The notes under the pieces were generated by a model. The model saw only the letters and a list, made by a program, of their open reading frames with translations. It did no database searches and was not told the DNA's origin. This document shows positions 48,412 to 64,000 of a stretch of 64,000 nt of DNA, in pieces. Source of the stretch: an uncultured cyanobacterium (GTDB lineage Bacteria > Cyanobacteriota > Cyanobacteriia > PCC-9006 > JAAUQQ01). Where the stretch lies: contig OY970368.1 in NCBI GenBank assembly GCA_963718615.1, positions 5,088,001 to 5,152,000 on the forward strand, given 5' to 3'. The translations under genes were made by a program, and so were the position numbers. Positions within the stretch are counted from its first letter, which is position 1, and each line of letters starts with the position of its first letter.

Positions 48412-48666
48412 CTATTTAGGATTAGTGAACTGATCAATCTGCTGCTTCGCATCAGTCCGATCAGACACGATCGGCGCTTCAATACGGTCTTGGGTGTAAT
48501 ACTCATTCGGACGCGGTGTACCGAAGGCATCATAAGCCAGACCCGTCTGCACAAACAGCCATCCCGCAATAAATAGAGCAGGAATTGTGATGCTGTGAAT
48601 TACCCAGTAACGAACACTTGTAACAATGTCGCCGAAGGGACGCTCACCGGTTGAGCCACCAGCCAT
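48412..48666 (-). CDS. psbE: Cytochrome b559 alpha subunit
   Basis: [29 protein letters not shown]. Confidence 0.97.
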   Translation of the reverse strand: MAGGSTGERPFGDIVTSVRYWVIHSITIPALFIAGWLFVQTGLAYDAFGTPRPNEYYTQDRIEAPIVSDRTDAKQQIDQFTNPK

Positions 48667-48762
48667 AACTCGACTCTCCTGAACCAACAGTTAGCTTTTC
48701 TTTATCTTATCTGAGTGTGCGAACCCTGGATCATAGATTCCTTAATGGGGCGAAAGAAAACC

Positions 48763-48780
48763 GTTACATTTTGTTACATT
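48763..48780 (+). promoter_or_regulatory. HLR1 (RpaB-binding) motif upstream of psbE
   Basis: GTTACATT-TT-GTTACATT is a perfect match to KTTACAWW-NN-KTTACAWW. Confidence 0.65.
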
Positions 48781-48855
48781 CCGCCCCGGAGTTGAGGAAA
48801 AAGCTGGGATTGACTAGACCGACGGGTGCCCTTTAGGGCTTGAAGGCGCTGGCGT

Positions 48856-49956
48856 TTACGCAGGCGCAGCGTTGGCGTCGTAGCGCAGCAGAATCCCGTT
48901 CTGGCCCAGCACAAAGCCCTTATTCGGCGAAGAGAAGAGGACCCGGTAGAGATTAGAAGGCAGATTTTCCACATCCCGGTCCTTGGTCCAGCTTAAGCCG
49001 CCATCTTCACTGACCAAAAGATTGCCGCTGCCGCCGGTCACCCAGATTTCGTTGGGGGTGCGGTAGGTCAGGTCCAGTAGACCCCAGCCAGTACCAGGCT
49101 CAGGGCTAATGCCGTCATCCCAGGATTCTGTATCAATCGAGTCTTGGGTGAACTGAATTGCGCCCCCTTTGGCGAGGAGCCATAGCTTGCCATCCGGCCC
49201 AAAGCCCATATTTTGCAGACGACGGGAGGACGTGCGCTGGTGAGGCACCCAGACATCTTGACCGGGCTCCCAGGTGGAATAGAAATTACCGCGAGCGGAG
49301 ACTGACACGTAGCGACCATCTTCAGCGCGGGACAAATTACGGACAACACCCGCCGCATCTTGGACCAGGGCCTGCCAGTTGCGGCCATCGTCTTGAGTTT
49401 GATAAATGGCCGCCACATCCGTTGCCATTTCAGCGGCATGGGGAGCCAGGGCTGTGACGAGGAGTGGAGCACCGGGCAGTTTTTCGCTCAGGGGAATGCG
49501 TTGCCAGGAGGTTCCGGCATCTTCCGTGTGGAGCATGACTGAAGGCTGACCGACAATCCAGCCCTCATCCCCCGCAAAGCTGACGGAGGAGAAGCGATAG
49601 TGGGTTTCTTCCGGGAGATCGATCGCTCGTGTTTCCCAGGTCCGACCGCCATCGAAGGTTTCGAGCAGGGTCTCGTTGGTGCCTACCATCCAGCCGTGGT
49701 TGGCATCGGAGGTGAAGGCCAGGTCTAGGACGGTCTGGTCCGTGGGGAGGACAATTTGCTCCCAGGGGTTGTAGGGCAGGCTGGCGAGGAAGGCGCTGTT
49801 GCAGCTTGTGCAGAGGAGGGCGATCGCCACCCAAATCAAACTCGTACGGGCCAAACTCGTACGGGCCAAACTCGTACGGGCCAAACTCGTACGGGCCAAA
49901 CTTACACGCAGCCAGCTCACCAGCGAACGAAAGGGACGAAAATCTAGACTCACCAT
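48856..49956 (-). CDS. ycf48: PSII assembly factor Ycf48/Hcf136
   Basis: BNR repeats ([24 protein letters not shown]), [11 protein letters not shown]; conserved rubA-ycf48-psbEFLJ order. Confidence 0.95.
   Translation of the reverse strand: MVSLDFRPFRSLVSWLRVSLARTSLARTSLARTSLARTSLIWVAIALLCTSCNSAFLASLPYNPWEQIVLPTDQTVLDLAFTSDANHGWMVGTNETLLETFDGGRTWETRAIDLPEETHYRFSSVSFAGDEGWIVGQPSVMLHTEDAGTSWQRIPLSEKLPGAPLLVTALAPHAAEMATDVAAIYQTQDDGRNWQALVQDAAGVVRNLSRAEDGRYVSVSARGNFYSTWEPGQDVWVPHQRTSSRRLQNMGFGPDGKLWLLAKGGAIQFTQDSIDTESWDDGISPEPGTGWGLLDLTYRTPNEIWVTGGSGNLLVSEDGGLSWTKDRDVENLPSNLYRVLFSSPNKGFVLGQNGILLRYDANAAPA
49837..49902 (+). repeat. 15-bp tandem repeat CAAACTCGTACGGGC x4 (SLART x4 in the Ycf48 signal region)
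   Basis: Read directly; in frame. Confidence 0.9.
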
Positions 49957-49962
49957 AGGATC

Positions 49963-50352
49963 TCAGCTCAACCCATAAAGGCTCATAAAAAACAGAAATG
50001 CTAGGGCCAATGCCCCGAAAATCAGAATATTCTTCTGTCCCGGCGTCAACGTATTGACCCCAAGACCGTACCCAAGATTTTCTTCAAATCCTGAGGCTTT
50101 ACCTTTTGGTCCAATATTAGAAAACTGCACCTTCGGCGCATTACAAACCGGACAGCGCCAGCTCGAATCAAGCTCTACGAAAGACGTATTAGCAGGCACT
50201 TGCCGACGGCTGTCTCCCTTGAGGGGCTCATAGACATAGCCGCAGGAGCGACATTCGTAACGATCTTCATGGGTTTCGCGAAGAGCAGATTGCTCAGGCA
50301 CCGGGCTCTCGGCGGAACCGCTCTGGGGAGGTTCGCTCGGGGAGGTACTCAT
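49963..50352 (-). CDS. rubA: Membrane-bound rubredoxin
   Basis: YECRSCGYVY..WRCPVC, GFEENLGYGLGVN and a C-terminal TM helix. Confidence 0.95.
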   Translation of the reverse strand: MSTSPSEPPQSGSAESPVPEQSALRETHEDRYECRSCGYVYEPLKGDSRRQVPANTSFVELDSSWRCPVCNAPKVQFSNIGPKGKASGFEENLGYGLGVNTLTPGQKNILIFGALALAFLFFMSLYGLS

Positions 50353-50581
50353 TGCAGTAGCCAGAAAATAGGAAATCTTAATAACTTAATAAACTGTAAC
50401 AGATCGCGGGAGTCAAATCGGACCAAGCCCAGGAGAAAGACCGCTAGCAGACCAGAAATCCTCATCCTTAATCCCAATCATTGGAAAAGATCATTGAAAA
50501 AACTCTGTTCAGAAGCGCCCGCTGTCACAAACCTTGATGGCACAATGTAAACGGCTAGCAATTGTAGAAGGACCATCCATT

Positions 50582-50944
50582 GTGTTTGTTCTGAACGGAT
50601 ATGAGTATCTGCTGGGATTTTTGCTGGCAAGCAGCTTAGTCCCAATCTTGGCCCTGACGGCTTCGCGGTTGGTGCGACCGGCCCAGCGAGGACCGGAGCG
50701 CCGCACTACCTATGAGTCGGGGATGGAACCCATCGGGGGAGCCTGGATTCAGTTCAACATTCGCTACTACATGTTTGCGCTGGTCTTTGTGATCTTTGAT
50801 GTAGAGACGGTCTTTTTATACCCTTGGGCCGTGGCCTTTAGCCGATTAGGGCTTTTAGCGTTCATTGAGGCGCTGATTTTTATCACTATCTTGGTGATTG
50901 GTCTTGCTTACGCGTGGAGAAAAGGAGCCCTGGAATGGTCATGA
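50582..50944 (+). CDS. ndhC: NDH-1 subunit 3
   Basis: GTG start (VFVLNGYEY), YESGMEP and [12 protein letters not shown]. Confidence 0.96.
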   Translation: MFVLNGYEYLLGFLLASSLVPILALTASRLVRPAQRGPERRTTYESGMEPIGGAWIQFNIRYYMFALVFVIFDVETVFLYPWAVAFSRLGLLAFIEALIFITILVIGLAYAWRKGALEWS

Positions 50945-51693
50945 AGCAAATCCTCAACGTCGGTGATGCGGAATACGAGCAGTGGCAGCGCGATCGCATC
51001 CTCAATCCCGTTCAACAGCCTGCCATTACCCAGGAGCTGTCTGAAAATGTCATTTTGACCTCCTTAGACGATTTACATAACTGGGCGCGGCTGTCGAGCC
51101 TCTGGCCGCTGCTGTATGGCACAGCCTGCTGTTTTATTGAGTTTGCGGCGCTTCTGGGATCCCGGTTTGATTTTGACCGCTTTGGCCTGGTGCCCCGGTC
51201 GAGTCCCCGCCAAGCGGATCTGCTCATTGTGGCGGGAACGGTGACGATGAAGATGGCTCCGGCGGTGGTTCGTCTGTATGAGCAAATGCCGGAACCCAAG
51301 TATGTGATGGCCATGGGGGCTTGCACGATTACGGGGGGAATGTTTAGCGCGGACTCGCCGACGACGGTGCGGGGGGTTGATAAGCTGATTCCGGTGGATC
51401 TGTATATTCCTGGCTGCCCGCCTCGGCCTGAGGCGATTTTTGATGCGGTGATTAAGCTGCGGAAAAAGGTAGCGAATGAGTCGTTGCAGGAGCGCGATCG
51501 CCTTCGTCAAACCAACCGCTACTACAGCACCACCCACCAAATGAAGCCGGTACCGCCGATTTTGGATGGCAACTATCTCAACACGGGCAAGCGCGAAGCC
51601 CCACCGAAACAGTTGGCAGAGGCGATCGGCATGCCGATTCCTCCGGCCCTGAAAGCATCTCAGACCCAGAAGGAGCAGGTAGACCGTGGCTGA
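50935..51693 (+). CDS. ndhK: NDH-1 subunit K
   Basis: [25 protein letters not shown] and PGCPPRPE. Confidence 0.96.
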   Translation: MVMKQILNVGDAEYEQWQRDRILNPVQQPAITQELSENVILTSLDDLHNWARLSSLWPLLYGTACCFIEFAALLGSRFDFDRFGLVPRSSPRQADLLIVAGTVTMKMAPAVVRLYEQMPEPKYVMAMGACTITGGMFSADSPTTVRGVDKLIPVDLYIPGCPPRPEAIFDAVIKLRKKVANESLQERDRLRQTNRYYSTTHQMKPVPPILDGNYLNTGKREAPPKQLAEAIGMPIPPALKASQTQKEQVDRG

Positions 51694-52201
51694 AGAGAAT
51701 CAAAGTTCTGAAACGGCAATTGTTGAAGCGGGCAAGACATCCCAGTGGCTGACGAGCAATGGCTTTGATCATGAGACCCTCGCTCCCGATCACTTGGGCG
51801 TTGAGCTGATTAAAGTGGAGCCGGAGTTTTTGGTTCCCCTCTGTACGGCGCTCTATGCCTATGGCTATAACTATCTGCAATGCCAGGGTGCCTATGACGA
51901 AGGTCCGGGCCAATCGTTGGTGAGTTTCTATCACCTGATTAAGGTGAAAAGCGATGCGGATCGGCCTGAGGAGGTGCGGGTGAAGGTGTTTTTGCCTCGC
52001 GAAAATCCTAAGGTTCCTTCGGTCTATTGGATCTGGAAAGGTGCGGACTGGCAGGAGCGGGAATGCTATGACATGTATGGGATTGAGTATGAAGGTCACC
52101 CGAATCTAAAGCGCATTTTGATGCCGGAGGATTGGGTGGGTTGGCCGTTGCGGAAGGACTATATTTCGCCGGATTTCTACGAATTGCAGGATGCGTTTTA
52201 G
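51686..52201 (+). CDS. ndhJ: NDH-1 subunit J
   Basis: [35 protein letters not shown]. Confidence 0.96.
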   Translation: MAEENQSSETAIVEAGKTSQWLTSNGFDHETLAPDHLGVELIKVEPEFLVPLCTALYAYGYNYLQCQGAYDEGPGQSLVSFYHLIKVKSDADRPEEVRVKVFLPRENPKVPSVYWIWKGADWQERECYDMYGIEYEGHPNLKRILMPEDWVGWPLRKDYISPDFYELQDAF

Positions 52202-52258
52202 GGTTCTCGAATTCGTTCCCCACGACTGCTGGTTCCCAAATTTCAGAGATTTGATCTG

Positions 52259-52293
52259 CCCCTTTGAGCGCAACGCTCAAAGGGGTTTGTTTT
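52259..52293 (+). terminator. Terminator after ndhJ
   Basis: Perfect 12-bp stem CCCCTTTGAGCG-CAA-CGCTCAAAGGGG followed by TTTGTTTT. Confidence 0.75.
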
Positions 52294-52383
52294 GGGTTAA
52301 TAGATCCAGGGGGTTCAGCTTGAATTTCAATCGTCTTAAAACAATTGAGGAACCATCGGAAATTTTCTAGAGTCTAGTTGTAG

Positions 52384-54089
<1,706 letters not shown>

Positions 54090-55766
54090 CTGGGATGACG
54101 CTGCTGTGGGTGAACAGAAGGGCATCGTAGTCGTTGAGGTCATGTTGTTGGACATTCACGGTGGGGAATTCGAGTTTGGTGAGCAACTGAAAATGGAGTC
54201 TGAGCCTTGAGAGGGTGAGGGTTTTGGCCTCAATCTCTGGGAAGAGGTAGTCAGCGACCGCCGCTTCCTTGTTTTGGGTCGCCGCAATATAGAGGGCTTC
54301 GACCATGAGCACGGCGGCAGAATCAAGCTCAAAGCCAGCCTGGAGCTGTTTCCAGAGTTGGTGATAGCGCTCATTGGGCAGGAGGTCCTCTCGCCAGGTG
54401 CTGTGGAGGAAGGCCAAGGGCTTTTTGCGCAACCCTTCGATGACATGGTGATAGTCCACCGAGCGGGCGCGCCGCTTGTCCTTGTCAGTAGAACGAATCC
54501 GTTTCAACCTGAACACTTCATGGCCTTCGAGGTAGCCCATCAGGCGGTTGTGGTGCAGATGCACTTCCAGGGACCGGCCAATTAAGCGAGACGGCACGCT
54601 GTAGAGCATGCAGCGGATATCAATCGTGCTGTTGCTGCTCACCTTGGCGGTGAGGAGTTCGTAGTCCGCAGCCCGGTATTTGGGCAACGCCTGGAGATGC
54701 GCTTTCTCATGCTCATACTTATCCTGATGCTGGGCATTGAGCTTGGCCACACAGTCATTGAGCAGGTCTTGATAGTCGCTGACGCTAGCGAAGTCGGTGC
54801 TGCCGCGCAGGTACATCGCTTGGACAATGCGGTTCTTCAGATGACCGTGGGGGCCTTCAATAGAACCGTTCTCGTGGGCGATTCCCCGGTTGTTTCGCGT
54901 CGGTTGCAACCGATAGTGCTCACACAGGTCGTCATACAAGCGCGTCAGCGGTTTGGTCTTCTTCCCACCCAGATTTCGATAGGCCGCACTCAGGCTATCG
55001 GTGCGATGCTGCTTTGGAGCCCCGCCGCAGGCAAACAGGGCATTCTGCAATCCTTCGGATAGGGCGACAAAGCTTTCACCCCCCTCGATTAACTCCGCGT
55101 AGGACCAGCCGCTGTAGCCCAAGCGGTAGTGATAAATCAAGTGCTCATAGGGCTTTCCATTTATCGTCACCACCGTCCCTTTGAGTTCGGTGAAGTCGGA
55201 AAATCCTTGCACCCCCGGCTCGTGACGCAGCTCAAACATCACCTCGGGAGCTGGACCATACAGTGCTTTCCAGGTTCTCACTCGCCGCTGAAGCGTCCTG
55301 AGCACTTGCGGATATTGACCCGGATATTTGTCCTGCAAATGCTCAAATAACGTCGTCGGTTTCAGTCTTGGCTCAGCTCGCAGCATCGCCTCTAGTTCGG
55401 CTTCCCAAAGACCGTTGAGTGGATCTGGCCGGGTCCGCACCCCGGTGCCCTCTCCACTCCCCTGCTGCCACTCGTTGGCATCCATTCGTTGCGCGGTTCG
55501 CACCGAAAATTCCGCCACCGCTGCCGCATCTTGCTGCGACAGGCCATGCTCCTTTGCATTCATGTACACTCGCTGTTGATACATTATTACTCTCGACACT
55601 CGTTAGAGTCCTTTCTTTCCAGGGGGACCCTATGAGTGTCTTTTTTTGTCGATCGCCACGCCAGTGAGCTGTCAAAGTCTCACGTCTGTCTCACGATCCA
55701 AGCCACGCTTTCGCGACAACTCCCGCCAGGAAATGTCGAGCAGCCGCCAATGCTATTGTCGTCTAA

Positions 55767-59588
<3,822 letters not shown>

Positions 59589-59690
59589 GGGGGGCATTGG
59601 CGGCAGTGGGGGTGGGCTAAAATTGAGCCATACCCTCAACCCATTTGTGCCTCAGGGTCACCAAATTCACCGTTTGCGCCATCACCCACC

Positions 59691-59954
59691 ATGCAAACCA
59701 CCCAAGACAAAATCCAACAACGTTTGCGCCTCCTGCCCGACACCATGCTGGAGGAGGTGCTGCTGTTTGTTGACTTCCTGCTCAGTCGCCTGAAAATCTC
59801 CACGGCTCCTGCCGAAAAGCCCGAAGCCAACTTCGCCCAGGCCCTCAGCCAATTCCGCGATCAAGTCGAAGCCGAAGGCAGCGATATTGAAGAAATTGAC
59901 TTCTTTGCGGATGTTCGCGATCGCACCCCCGCCCCCGAAGCTGCCAAGTGGTAA
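59691..59954 (+). CDS. Small DUF2281-like (antitoxin-like) protein
   Basis: MQTTQDKIQQRLRLLPDTMLEEVLLFVDFL plus an acidic tail with FFADVRDR. Confidence 0.6.
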   Translation: MQTTQDKIQQRLRLLPDTMLEEVLLFVDFLLSRLKISTAPAEKPEANFAQALSQFRDQVEAEGSDIEEIDFFADVRDRTPAPEAAKW

Positions 59955-60021
59955 ATCAACAACTGGTTTGGTTAAACTATGCTGCATTGGACGTTCGGCG
60001 GAACGTCCCTACAAGAAATGG

Positions 60022-60327
60022 TTATTGAGGCGACAGCGCAACGACCTCTTGCTTGAGGCGATCGCCCATCTCATCCTCCGCCACATCCAGGTCATAATCC
60101 ATCTGCAACCCCAACCAAAACTGAGGTGACATATTAAAATACAGCGCCAACCGCAGCGCCGTATCCGCCGTCACCCTCCGCTTACCCTGAACAATTTCAT
60201 TAATGCGCCTAGCCGGAACTCGAATTGCCAGGGCAACTTGATTCTGGCTGAGATTCATAGGCTTGAGAAACTCCTCCAGAAGAACCTCACCAGGATGAAT
60301 CGGGTCTAGCTTCGCTTCAGTCATCAC
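60022..60327 (-). CDS. higA: HigA-family antitoxin
   Basis: PIHPGEVLLEEFL..RINEIVQGKRRVTADTALRL..FWLGLQMDYDL. Confidence 0.92.
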   Translation of the reverse strand: MMTEAKLDPIHPGEVLLEEFLKPMNLSQNQVALAIRVPARRINEIVQGKRRVTADTALRLALYFNMSPQFWLGLQMDYDLDVAEDEMGDRLKQEVVALSPQ

Positions 60328-60332
60328 CCACC

Positions 60333-60614
60333 TCAGTGATAATCAACAATCTCGACATCAAAGGCTTCGCCAGCCTCCCACCGAAAACAGATACGCCACT
60401 GGTCATTGATCCGAATACTGTGCTGGCCCTCGCGATTACCCACTAATTTTTCCAAGCGATTTGCAGGAGGCACCCGAAGATCTTGCAGCGTCTGAGCTCG
60501 GTTAAGCATTCGCAGCTTCCGCAGGGCAACTTGCTGAATATCTTGGGGGAGCTTGCGCGATCGCTGCCGCCGAAAAATCTTCTCAGCTTCCTTACCCTTA
60601 AAGCTACGAATCAC
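60333..60614 (-). CDS. higB: HigB (RelE-like) toxin
   Basis: MIRSFK..LRVPPANRLEKL.G.R.GQHSIRINDQWRICFRW..VEIVDYH; toxin precedes antitoxin. Confidence 0.92.
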   Translation of the reverse strand: MIRSFKGKEAEKIFRRQRSRKLPQDIQQVALRKLRMLNRAQTLQDLRVPPANRLEKLVGNREGQHSIRINDQWRICFRWEAGEAFDVEIVDYH

Positions 60615-60828
60615 ATGTACACGTCAAAAAATTGGTCTTGATTACATCTCTAAAGTATGACGCAACTCGTTAAACGTCAAAGATCGCGGTATCGCCCAGC
60701 AGCATGGTTGGGTCTTGGTTTCTCGCGATCGCCACTTTCAAGAAATCGAAAATCTCACCGCTGAGACTTGGTAATTAGCAAGATGCATCAGACGTTCCGC
60801 CGAACCTCCTGATCAACTAACTGATCAA

Positions 60829-61323
60829 CTAATCGTCCGTCGGCAAAAAGCCAGACCTCAACACCTGCTCCGCACCATAGGGAGAGGCCTCAGGAAAGAC
60901 CGATTCTTGTAAACCCGTTTCTGCGATCGCCTGCTCCACCGCCGCCTGATAACAATCCCCAAAAACCGCTTCAACATAAGGCTTGAGACTCGGAGAGTCC
61001 TGAAGAGACCGCAAGAGGCGACGACGATGCTCCACAATACTGCCCTGCCAACTCCCGCTGCGCCGCTCTGGTTGAAACTGCCACTTCAGCAAATGGAGCA
61101 ACAGCACAATCAAATTGCTCTCTAGGCTACGGCGCTCCCGCTTGCCCATCTCCTCGATTTCCTCAATCAGATTTTCCCAATCCACCGCCCCGTAGTTGCG
61201 ATCGCGCAGGTGCTCCACCATCACCCCAATCCAAGCAACATAATCAGCCTCATAGGTCGGTGAGGATTCACCTTGGAGATTAGAGGCCAAATTGTTGACT
61301 ATACGACTGAACTCTATCGCCAT
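60829..61323 (-). CDS. DUF29 family protein
   Basis: YEADYVAW..DWENLIEEIEEMG..LLHLLKWQFQP..SPSLK. Confidence 0.88.
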   Translation of the reverse strand: MAIEFSRIVNNLASNLQGESSPTYEADYVAWIGVMVEHLRDRNYGAVDWENLIEEIEEMGKRERRSLESNLIVLLLHLLKWQFQPERRSGSWQGSIVEHRRRLLRSLQDSPSLKPYVEAVFGDCYQAAVEQAIAETGLQESVFPEASPYGAEQVLRSGFLPTDD

Positions 61324-61436
61324 GGGGAGGAGTTTTACCTTTGCGATCGCCTCTCTTTATCCTAGCGCCGTTCTGCTAGAAGATTCACGAAATTGACAGG
61401 GTCAGGTTAATCAGGATCAGGTTAATTAGGATCAGG

Positions 61437-62309
61437 TTAATTTTGGTAAATTACCCGCGCATCTAACCTTTGCTGGCGCAGATAGCTTTCCCAACGGTCT
61501 GCGATCGCCCGATTCGGATGCACCCCCGCCTGAATATAGGGACCGCGAGAGTCACGGGCCTGAAAGGCGTCTGGCACATAGCGCCGCACTTGGTTGAGCA
61601 ACTCCCAGCCCTCGCCAGGAATCGCGATCACGTATCGGGACACCGTCGGCGTCTCAACGGGATTGGGGGGAAGAGGTCTGGGCTGGGGCTCATAGACAAT
61701 GCAGGTCCGCACACCCAGCGAACTCGCCGGAACGCGCCCTAGGGGATCGGTCAGGGGAACCGAACGGCTGCGACCTCGACAGACCTGGTTAAAGGCGGTG
61801 TTAACCTGGTTTAAGGTTGTGCGGCTGGCTTGGCGATCGCTCGGATACTGATAGTCCCGCTGAAACCCGAGCAACGCCTGGGCAGTCGCCTGTCCCGCAA
61901 TGCCATCAATGCCACCGGGATCATAGCCCAAGGCCACCAACCGAGCTTGTAAGGCTTGGACTTCGCTGAAGGACAATCGGGTCGGATCCGTTTCCCCGCC
62001 CGCGCCGCAGAGGTTCAGGAGCGTCAAGGTCTGAGGCCCCGCCACCCCATCTTGCCACAGTCCTTCAACGGCTTGAAAGCGCGAGACCGCTTGCAGCGTC
62101 GGTTGACCGTAGTACCCCGTCACTAAATGGGCATCTAAATAGCCTAGATTGGCCAGTTGTCGTTGCAAAGTGGTGACACCAACGCCCTGTGAGCCCAATT
62201 TGAACAAAGGGCATGAGGTTTGGGCTTGGGCGGGTGGAGAGAAAAGAACGGGCGGGAGGGCGATCGCGCCCCCCACAGCGAGGGCAGTTAAAACGGAGAG
62301 CACCTTCAT
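61437..62309 (-). CDS. Secreted peptidoglycan-binding domain protein
   Basis: Signal peptide; two PG_binding_1 domains (LQRQLANLGY..FQAVEGLWQDGVAGPQT; LQARLVALGYDPGGIDG); SPOR-like C-terminus. Confidence 0.82.
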   Translation of the reverse strand: MKVLSVLTALAVGGAIALPPVLFSPPAQAQTSCPLFKLGSQGVGVTTLQRQLANLGYLDAHLVTGYYGQPTLQAVSRFQAVEGLWQDGVAGPQTLTLLNLCGAGGETDPTRLSFSEVQALQARLVALGYDPGGIDGIAGQATAQALLGFQRDYQYPSDRQASRTTLNQVNTAFNQVCRGRSRSVPLTDPLGRVPASSLGVRTCIVYEPQPRPLPPNPVETPTVSRYVIAIPGEGWELLNQVRRYVPDAFQARDSRGPYIQAGVHPNRAIADRWESYLRQQRLDARVIYQN

Positions 62310-62519
62310 AAAAACTCCAAGGGTTGCAGGGCCTGACCCATAGATATTCGGTTGAGTGGATGCAAGTTATGCAACTCATCCGGTGTCGTTCGGCCATTGT
62401 TTTAACTTGAGTCTAGGAAAACGCTTGGCGATCGCCTATTACCCCTTGAGGTACTTTTTAGCAGGAGCTAGTTCGAGCCCTATTTTGAGCCTGAGCTCAG
62501 CATCAGCACTTCAAGCCCC

Positions 62520-63278
62520 TTAAACCGCTAGGAATTCTTGAATCACCGCTTGGCTGAGTTCGCTCGTCGGTCCAGCGGCAACGATACCACCCTTTTGCAT
62601 GGCGTAATACCAGTCAGCCTGACGGACAAAGTGCAGGTGTTGTTCTACCAGCAAGACCGAGATGCCGGTGGCTTCGATAATGCGGCGAACGGCGGCTTCA
62701 ATTTCAAGAATAATCGAGGGTTGAATGCCTTCGGTAGGTTCGTCGAGCACTAGTAACTTGGGACGGCTGAGGATGGCGCGGGCGATCGCCAACTGCTGCT
62801 GTTGTCCCCCACTCAGATCTCCCCCCATGCGATCGAGCATCGACTTCAGCACCGGAAACAGATCAAACACTTCTTCCATCACGACCTGTTTGCGCTGCGC
62901 TGCGGAGAGGGATTCAAAACCCAGTAAGAGATTTTCCTTGACCGTCAGGCGAGGGATAATTTCCCGACCTTGGGGCACATAGCCAATTCCCAGATGGGCG
63001 CGGCGATCGGGGGTGAGGCGCGTAACCGATTGTCCTTCTAAAATCACATCCCCACTGCGGGGTTTGAGCAATCCCATAACGGTTTTGAGCAACGTGGTTT
63101 TGCCGACCCCATTGCGACCAATCAGGCAAACCATTTTGCCCCGCGCCACGCTCATATCAACGTTACGCAAAATATGACTTTCACCGTAATAGACGTTGAG
63201 GCTCTGGACATCCAGCATGGGCTGGTTAGCCGGATCTAGGGTTGCCGCTGCCATTGTCCCTTCCACTGCATTAGTCAT
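62520..63278 (-). CDS. urtE: Urea ABC transporter ATPase UrtE
   Basis: YYGESHILR, GRNGVGKTT, YVPQGRE, LSGGQQQQLAIAR and DEPTEGIQPSII. Confidence 0.93.
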   Translation of the reverse strand: MTNAVEGTMAAATLDPANQPMLDVQSLNVYYGESHILRNVDMSVARGKMVCLIGRNGVGKTTLLKTVMGLLKPRSGDVILEGQSVTRLTPDRRAHLGIGYVPQGREIIPRLTVKENLLLGFESLSAAQRKQVVMEEVFDLFPVLKSMLDRMGGDLSGGQQQQLAIARAILSRPKLLVLDEPTEGIQPSIILEIEAAVRRIIEATGISVLLVEQHLHFVRQADWYYAMQKGGIVAAGPTSELSQAVIQEFLAV

Positions 63279-63280
63279 GG

Positions 63281-64000
63281 TTAAGCCGCCTCTTCCGGTT
63301 GTCCTAAATACACTTCAATCACCCGAGGATCGTTTTGCACTTGGTCCATCGTGCCTTCGCAAAGCACAGAGCCCTCGTGCAGCACGGTAACCTGTCGCGC
63401 AATTTGTCGCACAAATTCCATGTCATGTTCAATCACAATGATCGAATGACTTTCTGCCAAGGAAATGAGCAGTTGTCCCGTCCGTTCGGTTTCCTCATCC
63501 GTCATGCCCGCGACCGGCTCATCCACAAGGAGCAAGTCTGGAGCCTGAGCCACCAACATGCCAATTTCGAGCCACTGCTTTTCGCCATGGGAAAGCACAC
63601 TGGCAGGGGTATTGCCCTTGGGCGCTAAACCGATAATCGTTAGCAAGCGCTCCAGTTCTTCTCGATCCTGGCGCGAGAGCTTGCCAAAGAGCGTTGGCCA
63701 GAGATTCTTGCTGCGGTTAAAGGCCAGTTCTAGGTTTTCGCGGGGGGTCAAATTGAGATAGACCCGAGGGGTTTGAAACTTGCGCCCAACCCCAAAGCGG
63801 GCAATCTTATGTTCAGGCATCTTGCGTAGATTGCGGCCCTTGAACAAGGCACGACCCTGGGTCGGTTGCACCTTACCCGTAATGACATCTAAAAATGTCG
63901 TTTTACCGGCTCCATTGGGTCCAATAATCACCCGCAATTCACCATAATCCATGGAGAACGTGAGATTATTGAGGGCCTTAAAGCCATCGAAGCTGACGGT
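63281..64000 (-). CDS. urtD: Urea ABC transporter ATPase UrtD, 5' truncated by the window edge
   Basis: TVSFDGFKALNNL, GPNGAGKTT, GRKFQTP, LSHGEKQWLEIGM and DEPVAGMT. Confidence 0.93.
   Translation of the reverse strand, partial: TVSFDGFKALNNLTFSMDYGELRVIIGPNGAGKTTFLDVITGKVQPTQGRALFKGRNLRKMPEHKIARFGVGRKFQTPRVYLNLTPRENLELAFNRSKNLWPTLFGKLSRQDREELERLLTIIGLAPKGNTPASVLSHGEKQWLEIGMLVAQAPDLLLVDEPVAGMTDEETERTGQLLISLAESHSIIVIEHDMEFVRQIARQVTVLHEGSVLCEGTMDQVQNDPRVIEVYLGQPEEAA

Noticed and set aside
48148-48576. Plus-strand ORFs of 69 and 68 aa
   Set aside because: Antisense to psbL, psbF and psbE.

Overview
Cyanobacterial chromosomal window (dense HIP1 GCGATCGC octamers; psbEFLJ, ycf48-rubA, ndhCKJ, cpcG, cpcS, psb34). 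Positions 1-35 kb and 47.8-52.2 kb are mostly housekeeping: surface proteins, a probable 6S RNA, iron uptake, a two-component pair, sigD, mutY, a Gld-type ABC operon, infC and the phylloquinone men cluster. Two accessory conflict islands stand out. (1) 35.2-47.7 kb is a vWA-MoxR-VMAP ternary system: hydrolase, caspase-EAD1, EAD1-VMAP, MoxR split by an IS1, and vWA fused to a DUF867/PghP-like domain with a frameshifted FGE-sulfatase domain. It ends in three FGE-sulfatase (CLec-fold) C-termini that carry diversity-generating-retroelement (DGR) variable repeats, plus a truncated AAC-rich template-repeat remnant; no reverse transcriptase was seen in the window. (2) 52.4-61.3 kb holds a TIR-CHAT-STAND NTPase-TPR gene split by an IS21, followed by REP-like palindromes and toxin-antitoxin genes. 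Separately, a helically phased cluster of cyanobacterial-type DnaA boxes (TTTTCCACA) lies inside the menE coding sequence, a candidate intragenic oriC or DnaA-titration site. All calls come from manual reading and recalled family motifs; no database searches were run.
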